Shown here piece after piece: positions 46,962-58,478 of a stretch of DNA of 64,000 nt (positions within the stretch are counted from its first letter, which is position 1; each line of letters opens with the position of its first letter). The stretch is from Diplonema japonicum (Eukaryota; Protista; Euglenozoa: Diplonemea). The notes beneath the pieces are model-generated. The model made no database searches. It was not told the origin of the DNA and saw only the letters and a list, made by a program, of their open reading frames with translations. Made by a program: the position numbers and the translations under genes. The DNA is taken from positions 310,001 through 374,000 of the forward strand of contig OZ025707.1 in assembly GCA_964019335.1 (NCBI GenBank), in the 5' to 3' direction.

Positions 46962-47912
46962 CCCTGGATACTATGTAACTATATAAACAGGACACCCAGT
47001 AGTGAGCTGACACACGAACGCAAAGAGATCCTTAGCGGGAAGCTGCAGAAGCAAACAGAGTACAATCCTGACCACAAAGACGTTATTGAGGAGGTATTCC
47101 TGGAGGCACTTAAGAAGAACTTCATCGGGTGTGAAGAACTGAGCATTGGTGAGGTCCTGTCATGGTGTACCCCTGAGGTGATGGCTGCATATAAGGAGGT
47201 ATCAAGTAAGAAGAAGGATGCAATGATCAAGAAGAATGTGGGCTTTTCAAGGAGGGCGGAGAGGATGGGCGAGAAGGCACTCCATTTGTCAAGAGGGGTG
47301 TTGAAAGCTATGCTTGTCTGCACCGATTGGAACTGGGTCACTGCTACGTGGTATTCAATGACAACAAAGAAGGGACACACTTACTACCTTGGGACAGAGA
47401 TTGCGTTCTGCCCAGAAGCGCTCCCTGGCCTGTGTGAGGGGATCATGTTTGAGGTGGCGATGCAAACACCTGAAGACAAGGACCTTGCCTACGTGGCCCG
47501 CCTCTCAGACCTAGATGTTGGTTTGAGGAGCAATTATGAAGTCTTTTACGGAGTGGACCCTGACACTCGTGAGTATGAACTTAAGACTTCTGGCAAAGAG
47601 TCGGTTGATGACATAAATCTATACAAGAAAGATATGTTCCAGATTGAGGCTTGGCTGGGAGAGTTGAAGGGGCTACTTGTGCGCACAACAGGGAACGGGA
47701 TCCAAAAGTTACCAAGCAAAAAGCCTACCAAGGAGCAGTTGGACAACCTCTCAAGGTATTTGAAGAGCTTGGAAAAGCTGCAAAAGGTAGACTGCGTTCA
47801 AAGGTTCGAGCTCAAGAGAGGCAGGTTGCGGTGCACAGTACCCGAAGAACTTCCTGAGCACATCCAAGAAAAAATGATGAAGATTTATGCGGAGATTGCT
47901 GACGGGAATTGA
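46962..47912 (+). CDS. Hypothetical protein; frame open about 72 codons upstream of listed start, no family recognised
   Basis: Stop-free, coding-like frame from 46962 to 47912; first in-frame ATG at 47181. Confidence 0.5.
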   Translation, partial: PWILCNYINRTPSSELTHERKEILSGKLQKQTEYNPDHKDVIEEVFLEALKKNFIGCEELSIGEVLSWCTPEVMAAYKEVSSKKKDAMIKKNVGFSRRAERMGEKALHLSRGVLKAMLVCTDWNWVTATWYSMTTKKGHTYYLGTEIAFCPEALPGLCEGIMFEVAMQTPEDKDLAYVARLSDLDVGLRSNYEVFYGVDPDTREYELKTSGKESVDDINLYKKDMFQIEAWLGELKGLLVRTTGNGIQKLPSKKPTKEQLDNLSRYLKSLEKLQKVDCVQRFELKRGRLRCTVPEELPEHIQEKMMKIYAEIADGN

Positions 47913-48354
47913 AAACGAAGTTAGTTCACCTCATTTTTACTTTATTTCAATTTTTGCCTCATAGTGTTGACTCATTAATAGTGTCTTTTTTGTTTTTGGG
48001 CCCAGGTCTCAAACCTGGGACCTGGACTCACAGACAGCCACCCTTCAGGTGAGGACCGGTAGATGCAACTCTGCATTGGGAATGTGTGATAAGTACTTTA
48101 AAGGTTCTTTACCTTTCTGTAACTTTGAGGCCTTTCTGTGTTCCACACATTGCTTTGTCGCTTCCACTTCCTCACTTTTTTTACTCAACACTCAGACACA
48201 AAACAAAGTGTCCCACCCCCCTTTTTTTTCTTCTACCCTCACCACTTGAACTCCTTCCCTCTTTTTTGATTTTGATTCTTCAAGCCCAAGTCGAATTAGG
48301 CTCTTTTAAAAAGAAAATAAAAAAGAAAACTCGATGATTTAAAGGAAACCGCAA

Positions 48355-49086
48355 GTGGAACAAAAACAATCCATAGCCCTCACTGAAATGAACAAACAGC
48401 AACAACAAAACCTACTGGAGTGGCAACAGAAGCAAGAGGCAAGTCACGGGATCTTGCCGAGGGGGCACGGATTTGCACACCTGGAGAGGTTGCAGAGGTA
48501 CCTGGCGATGATAGTAGCAAAACGTGATGAGGAACTGATCCAAGTAGAGGATTTTGGAGGAGAACTGCCGTGGGAACGGAAAGTGGTGGGAGTAAAGCAC
48601 TTGACGCCGACGTTGGAGCAGCTCGGGACGACAAGTGGGATACTGCGGATGTACGCGGAGTCGCTGTTGAAATGGATGTCGGAGCTAAGATGGGTTAAAG
48701 AAGACACGACGTCGGAGGTGACGGCGGTGGAGTTAGCCCTAGACTTCGAAGCGACGACACGAAGATCGCTGGGAATGACGCAGGAGGAAAAGGCGCGAAG
48801 GATCAAGAAACTGATCCAAAAGATGAACGACAGGTGCGCATTACAAGGAAAGAAGAAGCCTTTCCCGGCGAAGAACAAAACGAGAGTGAAGTCCCTCATG
48901 GCAATAAGTGGGAAGGCGGCGATAGGCTTTGCAAGGAGACCGATCTTCGCCTCACGAGAAACCCAGGACAGGCTAAAAGAGCTGAAGACCAACCTGAAGA
49001 AGGACCGCATCAACCGTCTGCGAAAGACACTGGTATCCGCCATCGGAACGAAAGCGAGGCTCCAAAAAAGAAGCATCAAGAGATAG
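48355..49086 (+). mobile_element. Possible C-terminal fragment of a non-LTR retrotransposon ORF
   Basis: HGILP..LLKWMSELRW..VTAVELALDFE resembles post-zinc-knuckle regions of protist LINE ORFs (recalled, unverified). Last 80 bp belong to a repeat shared with 36605-36730. Confidence 0.35.
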
Positions 49087-49256
49087 ACCCCCACCCCCCT
49101 AAGGGTGGTCCTCGAGTGGGATTTGCCCTTAAACATCGCCTTTTCTTTATGTTCTTCCGAAAGCGGGAATTTCCGAGCCAGATCTTATGTTTTGAGTTTT
49201 ATTTTCGTATCTTATAAACACCACTTATTCCCCTCTCGAACCACACACAGGACAGG

Positions 49257-52200
49257 ATGATGGACCTCGTGTTCTTCAAGTGGGCAGGTGCACCGGAACC
49301 ACGAGACGCCACACATGACGTGCCAGCCTTCCTCGAGGAGCTGGGTGACTGGACGAAGCGTGTGAGGCGAGATGCAATAGGAGAATTCATTGAATGGTTC
49401 CAACTGAACGAGGTGAGGCTCTCGGCACTGCTCGACGTGAACCAACAGCCCGACCAGTGGGCGGGAATGCGGGAGTCCATACTGGCCTCTGTGTGTGTGC
49501 TGCTGGAGCTACTGGTGCTACTACAAATAGAAGGTAGCCCGAGCAACATACACCTGTACCGTGTGGTGGCCTCTTTGGTGGGACAGCTCGTCATACACGA
49601 CAAGAGCTGCATTGCTGCTGATCAGCTGGTGGACTTCCAGAAACTCGTAAACAGGCTGAAAGACGAGGAGAAGCACAAGAAGCACCCTGAGTTCTTAGCA
49701 TACCACACTATCATCACTGGTGGATGCGTCCTCGGGGTGAGTCCCTTTGGCGACCTTGCTGCTGTGGTGAAGGACATGACAGCTTTCACGACAACGCGGC
49801 CCTCTGTTGAAGGCTTGTTCACTGGGACTGGGGAGGTAGAAGCACTGCGCAGTGCTGCAACACACAGCGTTCTTGTTCAGCGTCTGAAGTACCTGCTTAT
49901 GGCGGGCTTCATGTCTCACGGCCATGCGGGGAGCGAGGGAGACGCGGCAGAGCTCGAACAACTGGTCAAAGAGATCCACGATGTGGTGTGCCCTTCTGGG
50001 GAAAACGCTGAATGGAAGGTTCTCCCTGTGTCGCTGTGGGCGGGGACCCTTTCTGAGCTGTTGACATTCTCTCGTGTCGTGTCCTCGAAGGCAACCAACA
50101 AAGAGGGAGAATGTCGCCTTGTTCTCCACAACAACTGTGTTCTGTACCAAAGGATTCCTATGCTCGGGGAACGAGGGGCCATACAGTTTCCTGTGAATGT
50201 TAAGAAGGTGGTGGTTGGCTGCTTGGTATGTCTTCTGAGGCACGGAAGGCTGACACCTGGTGCACTGACAGAGTTGCTCAGGAAAAGTGAGACAACAGAC
50301 AACAAGAAGGCTGTGGGCGCATTGCTGAAGCCTGTGAGCGATGAGAAGGCTCAAGTAGTACGGCACAGGGCGGTATTTACCAGTTATGAAGTGATTGAGA
50401 GTGGGTTTCTTGGCAGTGGGTTGTCAGACTGGATTACCTGCGAAGTACTGGACACAGTGAGGAGCGACGTGGAGGCACAGTCACTTGTTGAGCAGATGGA
50501 GACCTTCGAGCACACGAAGTACTATTTGAACATCACGCTGAAGGAAAGATACGACAGTTTCAAAAAAGACAATGAGCACCTGCTGAATGAGGTGACGAAC
50601 CACCCAGACCAGTTTGGCATATTGCAAGCAATTGCAGAGAGGTACGAATGCAGCTTAGCTGTGCTTGCTGAAGCAATGGCACGGCCAATACCCCCGGCAC
50701 CAGCCCCAATCGTGCTTCACGGAACACAACACTTCACAAAGGACATCATGTCATTCCTCATGAACTTGGAAAATAGGGCGAAAGCAGCGGCACAGTGCAC
50801 AGTGGCAAAGGAGAGACCTGCGAAGTTGCAAACCTTTGTGAAGTGGTTCAAGCTGAACGAAACAAAACTCGGGTCACTGGTTGAGGTTCAGGACATCAGC
50901 AAGCCTATAGAGCGTGTGCTGACCGCTGTGTGCGTGCTGCTGAAGGTGCTGCAGCAGTCACTGGAGGACAGCGCACATTGCGAGGCGGGCGACACTGAGC
51001 ATGTAACCTTGAACAACATACACCTGTACCGTGTGGTGGCCACCTTGGTGTTGCAGCTCGTGACCTTCGACACTGGTTGCACTGCTTCGGATCAACTGTC
51101 GAAATTCCAGACACTCGCCACAAGTTTGAGCAAAGGAGAGAACAAGGCGTTCATGCACCCGGCATCGGCAGCGGACCACGAGGTCATCACCAAAGGGGGT
51201 GACATTCTCTCAAAAGCTTCTGTTTGGTATGATTCCTTTTCCGTTGCAGCTGGTGCTTTTGCGTTCGCGACATCGCACTTCAATTTGATCGTGATGTCTG
51301 CAGCCTGGCGTGGGGCTGTGTCCTTATCTTCTAGACTCAAAGGTATTTTGTTCCCAAGTGACGAACTTAAGATCGCAGCAATTTTCAACGCTCAATCTCA
51401 GCACCTGAAGCACCTGCTTCTGGTGAGGCCTCATGAAGCCACGGAGGCAGTACATGAGTTCGTTGACCTCGTGCACTCGGATATCTGCCCACAGAACAAG
51501 AGGAACTGGAAAGTGCTTCCTGCACAGCTGTGGGCAGGGACCCTTGCCGAGCTACTGGTGTTCTCTCGCGTCGTGTCCTCTGAGCAAAGCAAGGAGGAGG
51601 GGGAAGAAAAGTATATCCACAAAACTGGTGCCCTTTACCACAGGTTTCCTGTGTTGGGAGAAGACAAGGGACTCATACAGTTCTCTCTCATTGCGAAAGG
51701 CCGCATGGTGCAGTGCTTGATAGATCTTCTGAAATACGAACGCCAGCTGCCAAGTGTGCTGCAGGAGGGTCTTCGACAGGCGACTGAACTTCTGAGTGAT
51801 GTTCAGGAAAAGGCCAAAACGATCTTGAAAGATGAAGTGATAACAGAGGTGAGGAAGATGTTTGACGTGAAGAAGATAGAAGACTTGAAGAAAATCGAAA
51901 CTAAAGTGAAGAAACTGATGGCTGGAAAAGACATACAGGAACAGGTTGAAACTGAGGAACCTGACATGTTTTTAGGCGATGTGGAGATCGGCGACTTGGA
52001 GGTCATCGGCACTGGAGTGGTAAGGGAACTGGCTCTTTCTGGAATTAACGAGGGGACGATGGTACGGCACAGGGCAGTCCTTGCCTGCCTCGAAGTGATC
52101 GAGAGCAGGGTGCTGGACGACAGGATGTTGAAAACGATGAACAGCGAGGTGCTGAACACAATGAGGAGCGACAGAGAGAGAGAGCAATTGGAGAAGCAAG

Positions 52201-55200
52201 GACAGGTGTTCAAGAAGGCACAGCACTACCTGAGGATGACACTACAGACAGAGGCGGAAAGTTACAAGAAGGACATGGAGGGGTTGCTTGGGAAGGTGGA
52301 GAGGCTTCTGGAGCTCCGCAAGGTGGTTACCAGCGAGGAAGCTGTGCGGCACGTTGACGGGATACTGAAAGAGGCGCAGAAGGCTGTGAAGGTGTACGCA
52401 AGGAACCTTGAGGGGATGAACGCGATAGCTGGGGCGACCCTGCTGCTCACGACAAGCATCTCCGAAAGGGTGACAGGGATCGACAAGCAGCTTCAGGACA
52501 TGAAGAAGGAGGTGAGCGACATCCACAAATACCTCCAGCTGCACAGGGAGCTGAACGAGGACATCAGCCTCCTGCGACAAGCTCGTGTGGAGTCTTGCAA
52601 CAGCGACCTCCATGGGTGTGAGAGGTACTCGTACATGCAGGTTGAGAAGGTCCCCAAGAATAGTGACGACAACCTTGAAAGTTTCGACCCCACGGAATTT
52701 GCGGCCCACTTGTTGAAGCCCTGCTCTGCCGGGAGGAGCATTGTGTTCAAAGGCAGTTGTTGGGGTGCGGAGTTCTTGTCACTGGTGGAGGAGAAGCTAT
52801 GGAGCACCTACACCAACGACGATACTCAAAGCCTTCTCCCTGTTCACGTGTTCCTGCCAAAGATAAATAATCCGACGACACGCCTTGTGGAAGAGGCCCT
52901 GGAGGAGCAGCATGGGTTCACGAAGAGGAATGTGGAACGGCTTCAGGAAAAGACGAGGGTACAGAAGGCACACCTGGCACTGATACTCGTGGGGTACTCG
53001 TTCCTCGACAAGGAGTTCCTTTTGGATTCCATGAGAGAGAAGAGCAAGCTGAGTGAGTGGGGTGACCCCATCATCTTGGTGGAAGCAGACACCACCATCC
53101 TGGAGTACACTGCGGACAAGCTGTTCGGACGCAACTCGAGTGTGTGCATGGATCACGTTGGTGCGAATGGTAAAAAAAAAAAAAAAAATGGTCCACCACC
53201 TCAGGGTGAGGGAAATTTAAAGAAAACCTGTGAAGTGTACAGAATGAAGGAAATGAAGGACGAAGCCATCCAGAACATAATCGGCAGAGAGGAGGCTTCC
53301 ATCGGGGCAGTGCTGAAGTGCGCTCTGCATTACAGAAGGTTCTCTACATTCATTGAAGTGAAAGAAGAACAGCACATGACATTCCGCATGCTTCGTGCCT
53401 TCATTCGTACCATTTGCAATGAGGAGTGGGGGTTGTATGATCGCAAGATTGACGGAAAATGGCAAAAGCGTCCCTTTTCAACCATACTTACAAGTTTCCC
53501 CAGTTCTGACAAAAGTACGCTTCTGATGAAAACTATGTTGACGAAGATGGGGGAGGAAAAGGTGGAGGAAAAGGTGATGTGCGGGTGGGTGAGGTATATC
53601 ATGGAAAAGGTTCAAACCCACGGGGTGTTCACTATCCTTGATGATCTGAATACTGGTATGAATGATGAAGATGAAGATGCAAGGTCCGTCTATCGTCTAA
53701 CCAAAGAGATGAACATGGCCTTCTTGAGGACCTGCCTTGAGGAGTACCTCCGGCTGCCGTTGAGGTCACTGAGTACAAAGCACCCCTCCATCACCGACAA
53801 GGAACTCGTGAAGCTTCTGATGGACTACAACTCGCGCCTCGCACTTGACATGACACGGGACCACACGAGGCAGGCACCTTATGAGGACAGATGCCATGGC
53901 TTTCTGAGGGCACAGCACACAGGAGGGCACGATGTCGGCAAGCTGGACCAGCAGATGGTGCGGGACCTGTTTGCAGCCTCTCCTGTGGAGGTCTCGAGGG
54001 ACCAAGACGGGAAGAAACAGGAGAGGGTGTACAGCTTCAGCTCCGAGTGGCTGCAGGAGATCTTCACCGCCATTGCTGTCCATGACAAGCTGATGAGGTT
54101 CCCTCTGAACCGTATCTGTACGAAGTTCTTTGTGAGTGTCTTTTCTCACACCTATGTCTGCAAGGATGACACAGCCGACCAGGCTGAGCAGGACGAGCAC
54201 AGATGGGCACACTTCAGGAAGCAGAAAGACCTGATGGTGAGGAAGGTCAGAGAGGCAAAACCTGATTTCACCAAGGAGAAGGCCTCCAAGTACCTGGTTC
54301 TGGCGTGCAAGGCGGCGTGCGCTAGGACGGCAACATGGGACGTGCTGATGGAAGATCTGATGAACTACCCTGGTGTGCTGAGGAACTACTTGGCGAAGAT
54401 GGTGTTGAAGAAGAAAAGTTTAAACTCTGAGGATAAGCTGCTGATCTGGTTCAGGGACACACTGCTCTCGCTGGTGGAGCTGTCGAAGCTGCCGTGGTGC
54501 GATGCTCCTGCCGCCGTGGCGATCACGATCCTGTCGGCTGCGAACGAAAGCTTTGCTGGGATGGACTTCAGAGGGATCCGAATACCGGGGGCGTCCCTTG
54601 AAGACAGCACCTTTGACAGGACAGACACTGATGGTGTGGAGATGAAAGGAATCATTCGGACCTACCTGCACGGCAAGGACAAAATCAAAAGTTCCCTGAG
54701 GAAGGGCCTCCTTTCATTTGCGGCCTTCACTGATGACAAGGGCAAGGATACTGTTGCAGAGGTGTATGCGGACAAGGTGTTGTTCAGTAGGAAAGAAGTA
54801 AAACTGCCGGAAGAGATAATGAACCTGAAGAATCCGAAGATCCTGAGCAAGATAGTGCAAAGGGGAAAACAGTGTGTTCTTGTCGTTGCTTACGAAGTGG
54901 ACGGGGTTGTGACAATCGCTGAGTGTCAACAGGAAGAGGTTTCTGTGGAGGTGGTGAGCACGCCGATGGAACTTATGTTCATTGCAGACGACAGTAAAGT
55001 GTGGTGTGTGAATCGAGGTGAAGGGGGAATCGTGAGGGACGCAAAGGCAACGACAGGGGCTCAAGTTGGAGAGGAAGGGGGGAAGGAGCATAAAGTTCAA
55101 TGCGAACCTGTGTTAGTGAATAAAAAAAGTGATGAAAAAGTGAGGATGGAGTTAGCACAAGTTGTGGAGGGGCTCACACCAGTTGGGGTGGACAGGTTCC

Positions 55201-56354
55201 TCACTTTGAACAGGAGTGCAGATGGACTGTCGTGGGAGTGCATTGTGTACAGTGTAAAAAAGACAAAAATGGACAAGGAAAACTATCGCTTCCCGATCCC
55301 CGCAAGCAAAGAAGAAGGACCACTGCGACATGTGGTGTGTGGCGACACGCTGCTCGTGCTGGGAGGGGACAAGGACAGCAACTGGCTGCTGAAGGAGGAC
55401 AAGGCAGTGCGTCTGTACACAAAGAGCTTTTTTGACGAAAAGGAGCGAAAGAGGTTGAAACTTCTCAATGTTTACGCTTCTGCGGCGCGTACGTACTACC
55501 ACCTTGAGGGCGACTTGTTGGTGGAAATGGAGCCCCCAAAGGGGGAGTTAGTACTGGGTGGCCCTGTGTTTGAGATAGCTATCTCGGGTAAAGGCAAGGT
55601 TGGGACGTTGGTGCGGTGTGGGGACACCAAGATAGATGTTGTAACGTACTGCAAGGGGAGGAACACTGTGAGCCGTCTCAAGGAGCCGGTGGAGATGAGC
55701 TTGGCTGAGATCAAGTGGGACAACCATCAAAAAGTGTTCAAGGTGAGGTCTGACAAAAAAGAACAAGAAGAAGAAAAATGGTATAGAGCAGAAGAACTAG
55801 GCCCTGAGATGATAGTGTTGGTGAAAACAAGCCCGTCGGGAAATGATGATGTAGACCCCCCTGCTGTCCTGTCCTGTCCGGATCAAGAATACAAAGAGAG
55901 AACCCAGACCTGCGATCAGCTGGTGTACGAGGACACCAACCCCCCTGCAGATGATGTTGCCACCATACGTAACGGTCCACACCAGGCATGGATAGAGAGG
56001 CCGCCACAGCAGCAGCAGCAGGCACTCGTGGTGAAGACAGGTGACGTGACGAAAGTTCTTCTGAAGGCAGACTTTATAAACACAGTTCAGTTACTTTACG
56101 ACAACCTTGTCGCCGTTGTTGGCGGGAACGTGTACTTCTGGGGCTGGAAGTGCAGCATCAATGCTCAGTACGGTTACACACCAGCAGGGTCCACAGGTGA
56201 GTGGTACGTGAACAAGCAGCTCACTGATACCAACATCGTGAAGGTCGCAGCACCATGTCATGTATGCATTGCAATCAGAAATGAGAACAACACCTATTCA
56301 GGAGGAGGTACAGGCGAGAACCAATCAGCCGAGCCGTGCAAACCGAACCAATAG
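49257..56354 (+). CDS. Giant NLR-like protein copy 2 (intact, 2365 aa)
   Basis: Full-length paralogue of 13688 with the same 5' flank (49152-49256 matches 13583-13687) and a native C-terminus. Confidence 0.8.
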   Translation: MMDLVFFKWAGAPEPRDATHDVPAFLEELGDWTKRVRRDAIGEFIEWFQLNEVRLSALLDVNQQPDQWAGMRESILASVCVLLELLVLLQIEGSPSNIHLYRVVASLVGQLVIHDKSCIAADQLVDFQKLVNRLKDEEKHKKHPEFLAYHTIITGGCVLGVSPFGDLAAVVKDMTAFTTTRPSVEGLFTGTGEVEALRSAATHSVLVQRLKYLLMAGFMSHGHAGSEGDAAELEQLVKEIHDVVCPSGENAEWKVLPVSLWAGTLSELLTFSRVVSSKATNKEGECRLVLHNNCVLYQRIPMLGERGAIQFPVNVKKVVVGCLVCLLRHGRLTPGALTELLRKSETTDNKKAVGALLKPVSDEKAQVVRHRAVFTSYEVIESGFLGSGLSDWITCEVLDTVRSDVEAQSLVEQMETFEHTKYYLNITLKERYDSFKKDNEHLLNEVTNHPDQFGILQAIAERYECSLAVLAEAMARPIPPAPAPIVLHGTQHFTKDIMSFLMNLENRAKAAAQCTVAKERPAKLQTFVKWFKLNETKLGSLVEVQDISKPIERVLTAVCVLLKVLQQSLEDSAHCEAGDTEHVTLNNIHLYRVVATLVLQLVTFDTGCTASDQLSKFQTLATSLSKGENKAFMHPASAADHEVITKGGDILSKASVWYDSFSVAAGAFAFATSHFNLIVMSAAWRGAVSLSSRLKGILFPSDELKIAAIFNAQSQHLKHLLLVRPHEATEAVHEFVDLVHSDICPQNKRNWKVLPAQLWAGTLAELLVFSRVVSSEQSKEEGEEKYIHKTGALYHRFPVLGEDKGLIQFSLIAKGRMVQCLIDLLKYERQLPSVLQEGLRQATELLSDVQEKAKTILKDEVITEVRKMFDVKKIEDLKKIETKVKKLMAGKDIQEQVETEEPDMFLGDVEIGDLEVIGTGVVRELALSGINEGTMVRHRAVLACLEVIESRVLDDRMLKTMNSEVLNTMRSDREREQLEKQGQVFKKAQHYLRMTLQTEAESYKKDMEGLLGKVERLLELRKVVTSEEAVRHVDGILKEAQKAVKVYARNLEGMNAIAGATLLLTTSISERVTGIDKQLQDMKKEVSDIHKYLQLHRELNEDISLLRQARVESCNSDLHGCERYSYMQVEKVPKNSDDNLESFDPTEFAAHLLKPCSAGRSIVFKGSCWGAEFLSLVEEKLWSTYTNDDTQSLLPVHVFLPKINNPTTRLVEEALEEQHGFTKRNVERLQEKTRVQKAHLALILVGYSFLDKEFLLDSMREKSKLSEWGDPIILVEADTTILEYTADKLFGRNSSVCMDHVGANGKKKKKNGPPPQGEGNLKKTCEVYRMKEMKDEAIQNIIGREEASIGAVLKCALHYRRFSTFIEVKEEQHMTFRMLRAFIRTICNEEWGLYDRKIDGKWQKRPFSTILTSFPSSDKSTLLMKTMLTKMGEEKVEEKVMCGWVRYIMEKVQTHGVFTILDDLNTGMNDEDEDARSVYRLTKEMNMAFLRTCLEEYLRLPLRSLSTKHPSITDKELVKLLMDYNSRLALDMTRDHTRQAPYEDRCHGFLRAQHTGGHDVGKLDQQMVRDLFAASPVEVSRDQDGKKQERVYSFSSEWLQEIFTAIAVHDKLMRFPLNRICTKFFVSVFSHTYVCKDDTADQAEQDEHRWAHFRKQKDLMVRKVREAKPDFTKEKASKYLVLACKAACARTATWDVLMEDLMNYPGVLRNYLAKMVLKKKSLNSEDKLLIWFRDTLLSLVELSKLPWCDAPAAVAITILSAANESFAGMDFRGIRIPGASLEDSTFDRTDTDGVEMKGIIRTYLHGKDKIKSSLRKGLLSFAAFTDDKGKDTVAEVYADKVLFSRKEVKLPEEIMNLKNPKILSKIVQRGKQCVLVVAYEVDGVVTIAECQQEEVSVEVVSTPMELMFIADDSKVWCVNRGEGGIVRDAKATTGAQVGEEGGKEHKVQCEPVLVNKKSDEKVRMELAQVVEGLTPVGVDRFLTLNRSADGLSWECIVYSVKKTKMDKENYRFPIPASKEEGPLRHVVCGDTLLVLGGDKDSNWLLKEDKAVRLYTKSFFDEKERKRLKLLNVYASAARTYYHLEGDLLVEMEPPKGELVLGGPVFEIAISGKGKVGTLVRCGDTKIDVVTYCKGRNTVSRLKEPVEMSLAEIKWDNHQKVFKVRSDKKEQEEEKWYRAEELGPEMIVLVKTSPSGNDDVDPPAVLSCPDQEYKERTQTCDQLVYEDTNPPADDVATIRNGPHQAWIERPPQQQQQALVVKTGDVTKVLLKADFINTVQLLYDNLVAVVGGNVYFWGWKCSINAQYGYTPAGSTGEWYVNKQLTDTNIVKVAAPCHVCIAIRNENNTYSGGGTGENQSAEPCKPNQ

Positions 56355-57923
56355 CTGACGATACCGGGGGGGACGTGGCGGGGGTGATTGTATGAGTTCT
56401 TTACTTTGTAGAAATTGTTCACAGAATTCACGGAGAAGAAGCCAGATGCTGGCTGGTGGTGCTGACTTGTCCGCCGACGGAGCTGACAAATAACGAATCG
56501 ACAGCAATGGAATAAAATAAAAAACGCTGAACATTCGATGAACGTTTAGAAAAAATACAAAGAAAAAAGACGTGGTGAGGCCAAAAATAAAAAAATAAAA
56601 AAATGGGTGTGGCACGCCATGTCTGAAACTAAAAAAAAAAAATTATTCCCACTTTTAATGGCCGGAATGGCCTTAGATGTCCAAAAAAATAGTCAAAAAA
56701 AAACCCACCCCAAGGTTTTTTTCAAGGGGTTGGGTACATTTTTTTCACGACAAGACCCATTTTTTTCACCCTAAAGCCCATAATTTAACTCCAAAATCTC
56801 AGAATTTAACTAGTTAAATTATGGCCATTTCGCGTTATGTTATGAGGCCCCTAGTGAGTGAAGAAAATGACGAAGAGTGAAATAGAAACAAAAAGAACCA
56901 CGATTTCTTAATCCTCTTAATCCTCAAAGCATCTGCTTGTTCCTCCACCTCTCACTGCCCTCCATTTTGTCCTATTCTTTAACGATTTAACTAAAACGGA
57001 CGGGTGGGCTTTCTTGATGGTAACATCTAAGAATCGCTAATCGATTCTTTTTCTGAAGACTTTATTTGCTCTCTTTGTTCGCTTGCTCTCCGCTTTCACT
57101 CCTTTAATATAAAACCCTCTCTTTTTCTTTGTTTCTTAACCATTAAAGGACGAAGTGCCAGATAACTTTAATTTTGTGCAAAGGCATTGTTTAAGTGTTA
57201 CCCCACCATATTCTTGCACGGAAGAACGCCAGTAAGATTATATAATAATGCGACATGACTGGGACGCAAGCATCCTCTGCTCAACCCGACGGAAAGAAGG
57301 AGTAGAAGTACCAAAGGAAGAACAAGATTCTTGTTGATCTTCCTTCTACGGTAAGACCGAAGGAAGGTTTGATAAGTTTTCGGTGTGCGGGTGGACTCAT
57401 CCTTGCTTCTTGCTCCTTTCTGTTTTCTCTTTTGGTATCCTTCTTTTAAAAGAAAGATGTGAGAATAGTATCCACTTTGCCGAAGGACTATCCATGAGGA
57501 TGATAACTTTGGGAGTAGAAAAAAGTCGACGATTGAGCCCCCCCTTTTTTTTTTGCCAGAAGCTCCTTTAATGGTTTAACAAAGAAAAAAGGGAAAGAAA
57601 ACACGTTTTATCTTTCCTTCGAATCTCAGCCTGCACTCCTCTATTAGACTCCGCAAGACGCTCAGGGCCTCGATTGGGACAAAAGCAATACTCCAGAAGG
57701 GGAGTATAAATAGACAGCCCTCCCCAACCCACCCAAGGGCGGCCCTCCATGAGGGGGTTTGTCCTGCACTTTGAGTTTTTTTTTTTTTTTTTTTTTTGGG
57801 CGTCTTCGGGCCTGAGTCTCGGGTATATACTTGTATTTTCTTTTGTCTTTGAGTGTTTTTTTCTTTTTTTTTTTTCTCGCATTTCTTTTTCTCTTTTAGT
57901 GTAAAGAAAGAAAACCCTAATAA

Positions 57924-58410
57924 CCCCTAAACGCCCGGAGCCTATCTACGGTACCCCCCATTTTCGTTGTTGCTTTAAATACTCAAAAAAAGGGTCAGCA
58001 TGCAACCATAGGAAGGTGCAAGGAAAGGGTAAACGGTACTAAAATTTTCAATTCCAGGTGCCAGATTCAGATGAGAACACTTAACTATGTGTGTAAGAGG
58101 GGGATTGAAGGTGTACTTTTTATGTCCGATTTTGGGGGGTCTTGTCGTGGGGGGTCCGTGGAGTTATGGCTGGGGTAAAAAGGGCAGCATTCAGCCCTAT
58201 TTGGTGCCCTGAACTCTAGGATTGAGGTCAGTCTGGAGACCTTTTGGGGCTGTGGGATGAAAAAAGCAACTTGTGAGTTTTTTTTCCAGCTGGGGTACAT
58301 GCAAGGGTAAAAAACACGTTTTGCATAAGGGGGTTTTGCAACAGGGGCACCACGTTTGCACCTTCTTCCCGCACCCAGGAACAGCGCAGAGCACCCTCCT
58401 CACCACAATG
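57924..58410 (-). mobile_element. piggyBac relic, second family
   Basis: ATAA|CCCCTAAACGCCCGGAGCCTATCT end resembling the 11843 terminus; Cys-rich CAVPGCGKKVQTWCPCCKTPLCKTCFLPLH. Confidence 0.75.
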
Positions 58411-58478
58411 GAACGTGGGCGTCGAGCCGATCGCGGGGAAGAAGGGTGATCTGGCCATGATACAGAAAAAGCACGGAG

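Noticed and set aside
56575-56855. Possible small DNA transposon with GGCC/GGGGCC ends
   Set aside because: Ends are not convincingly inverted and no TSD or second copy was found.
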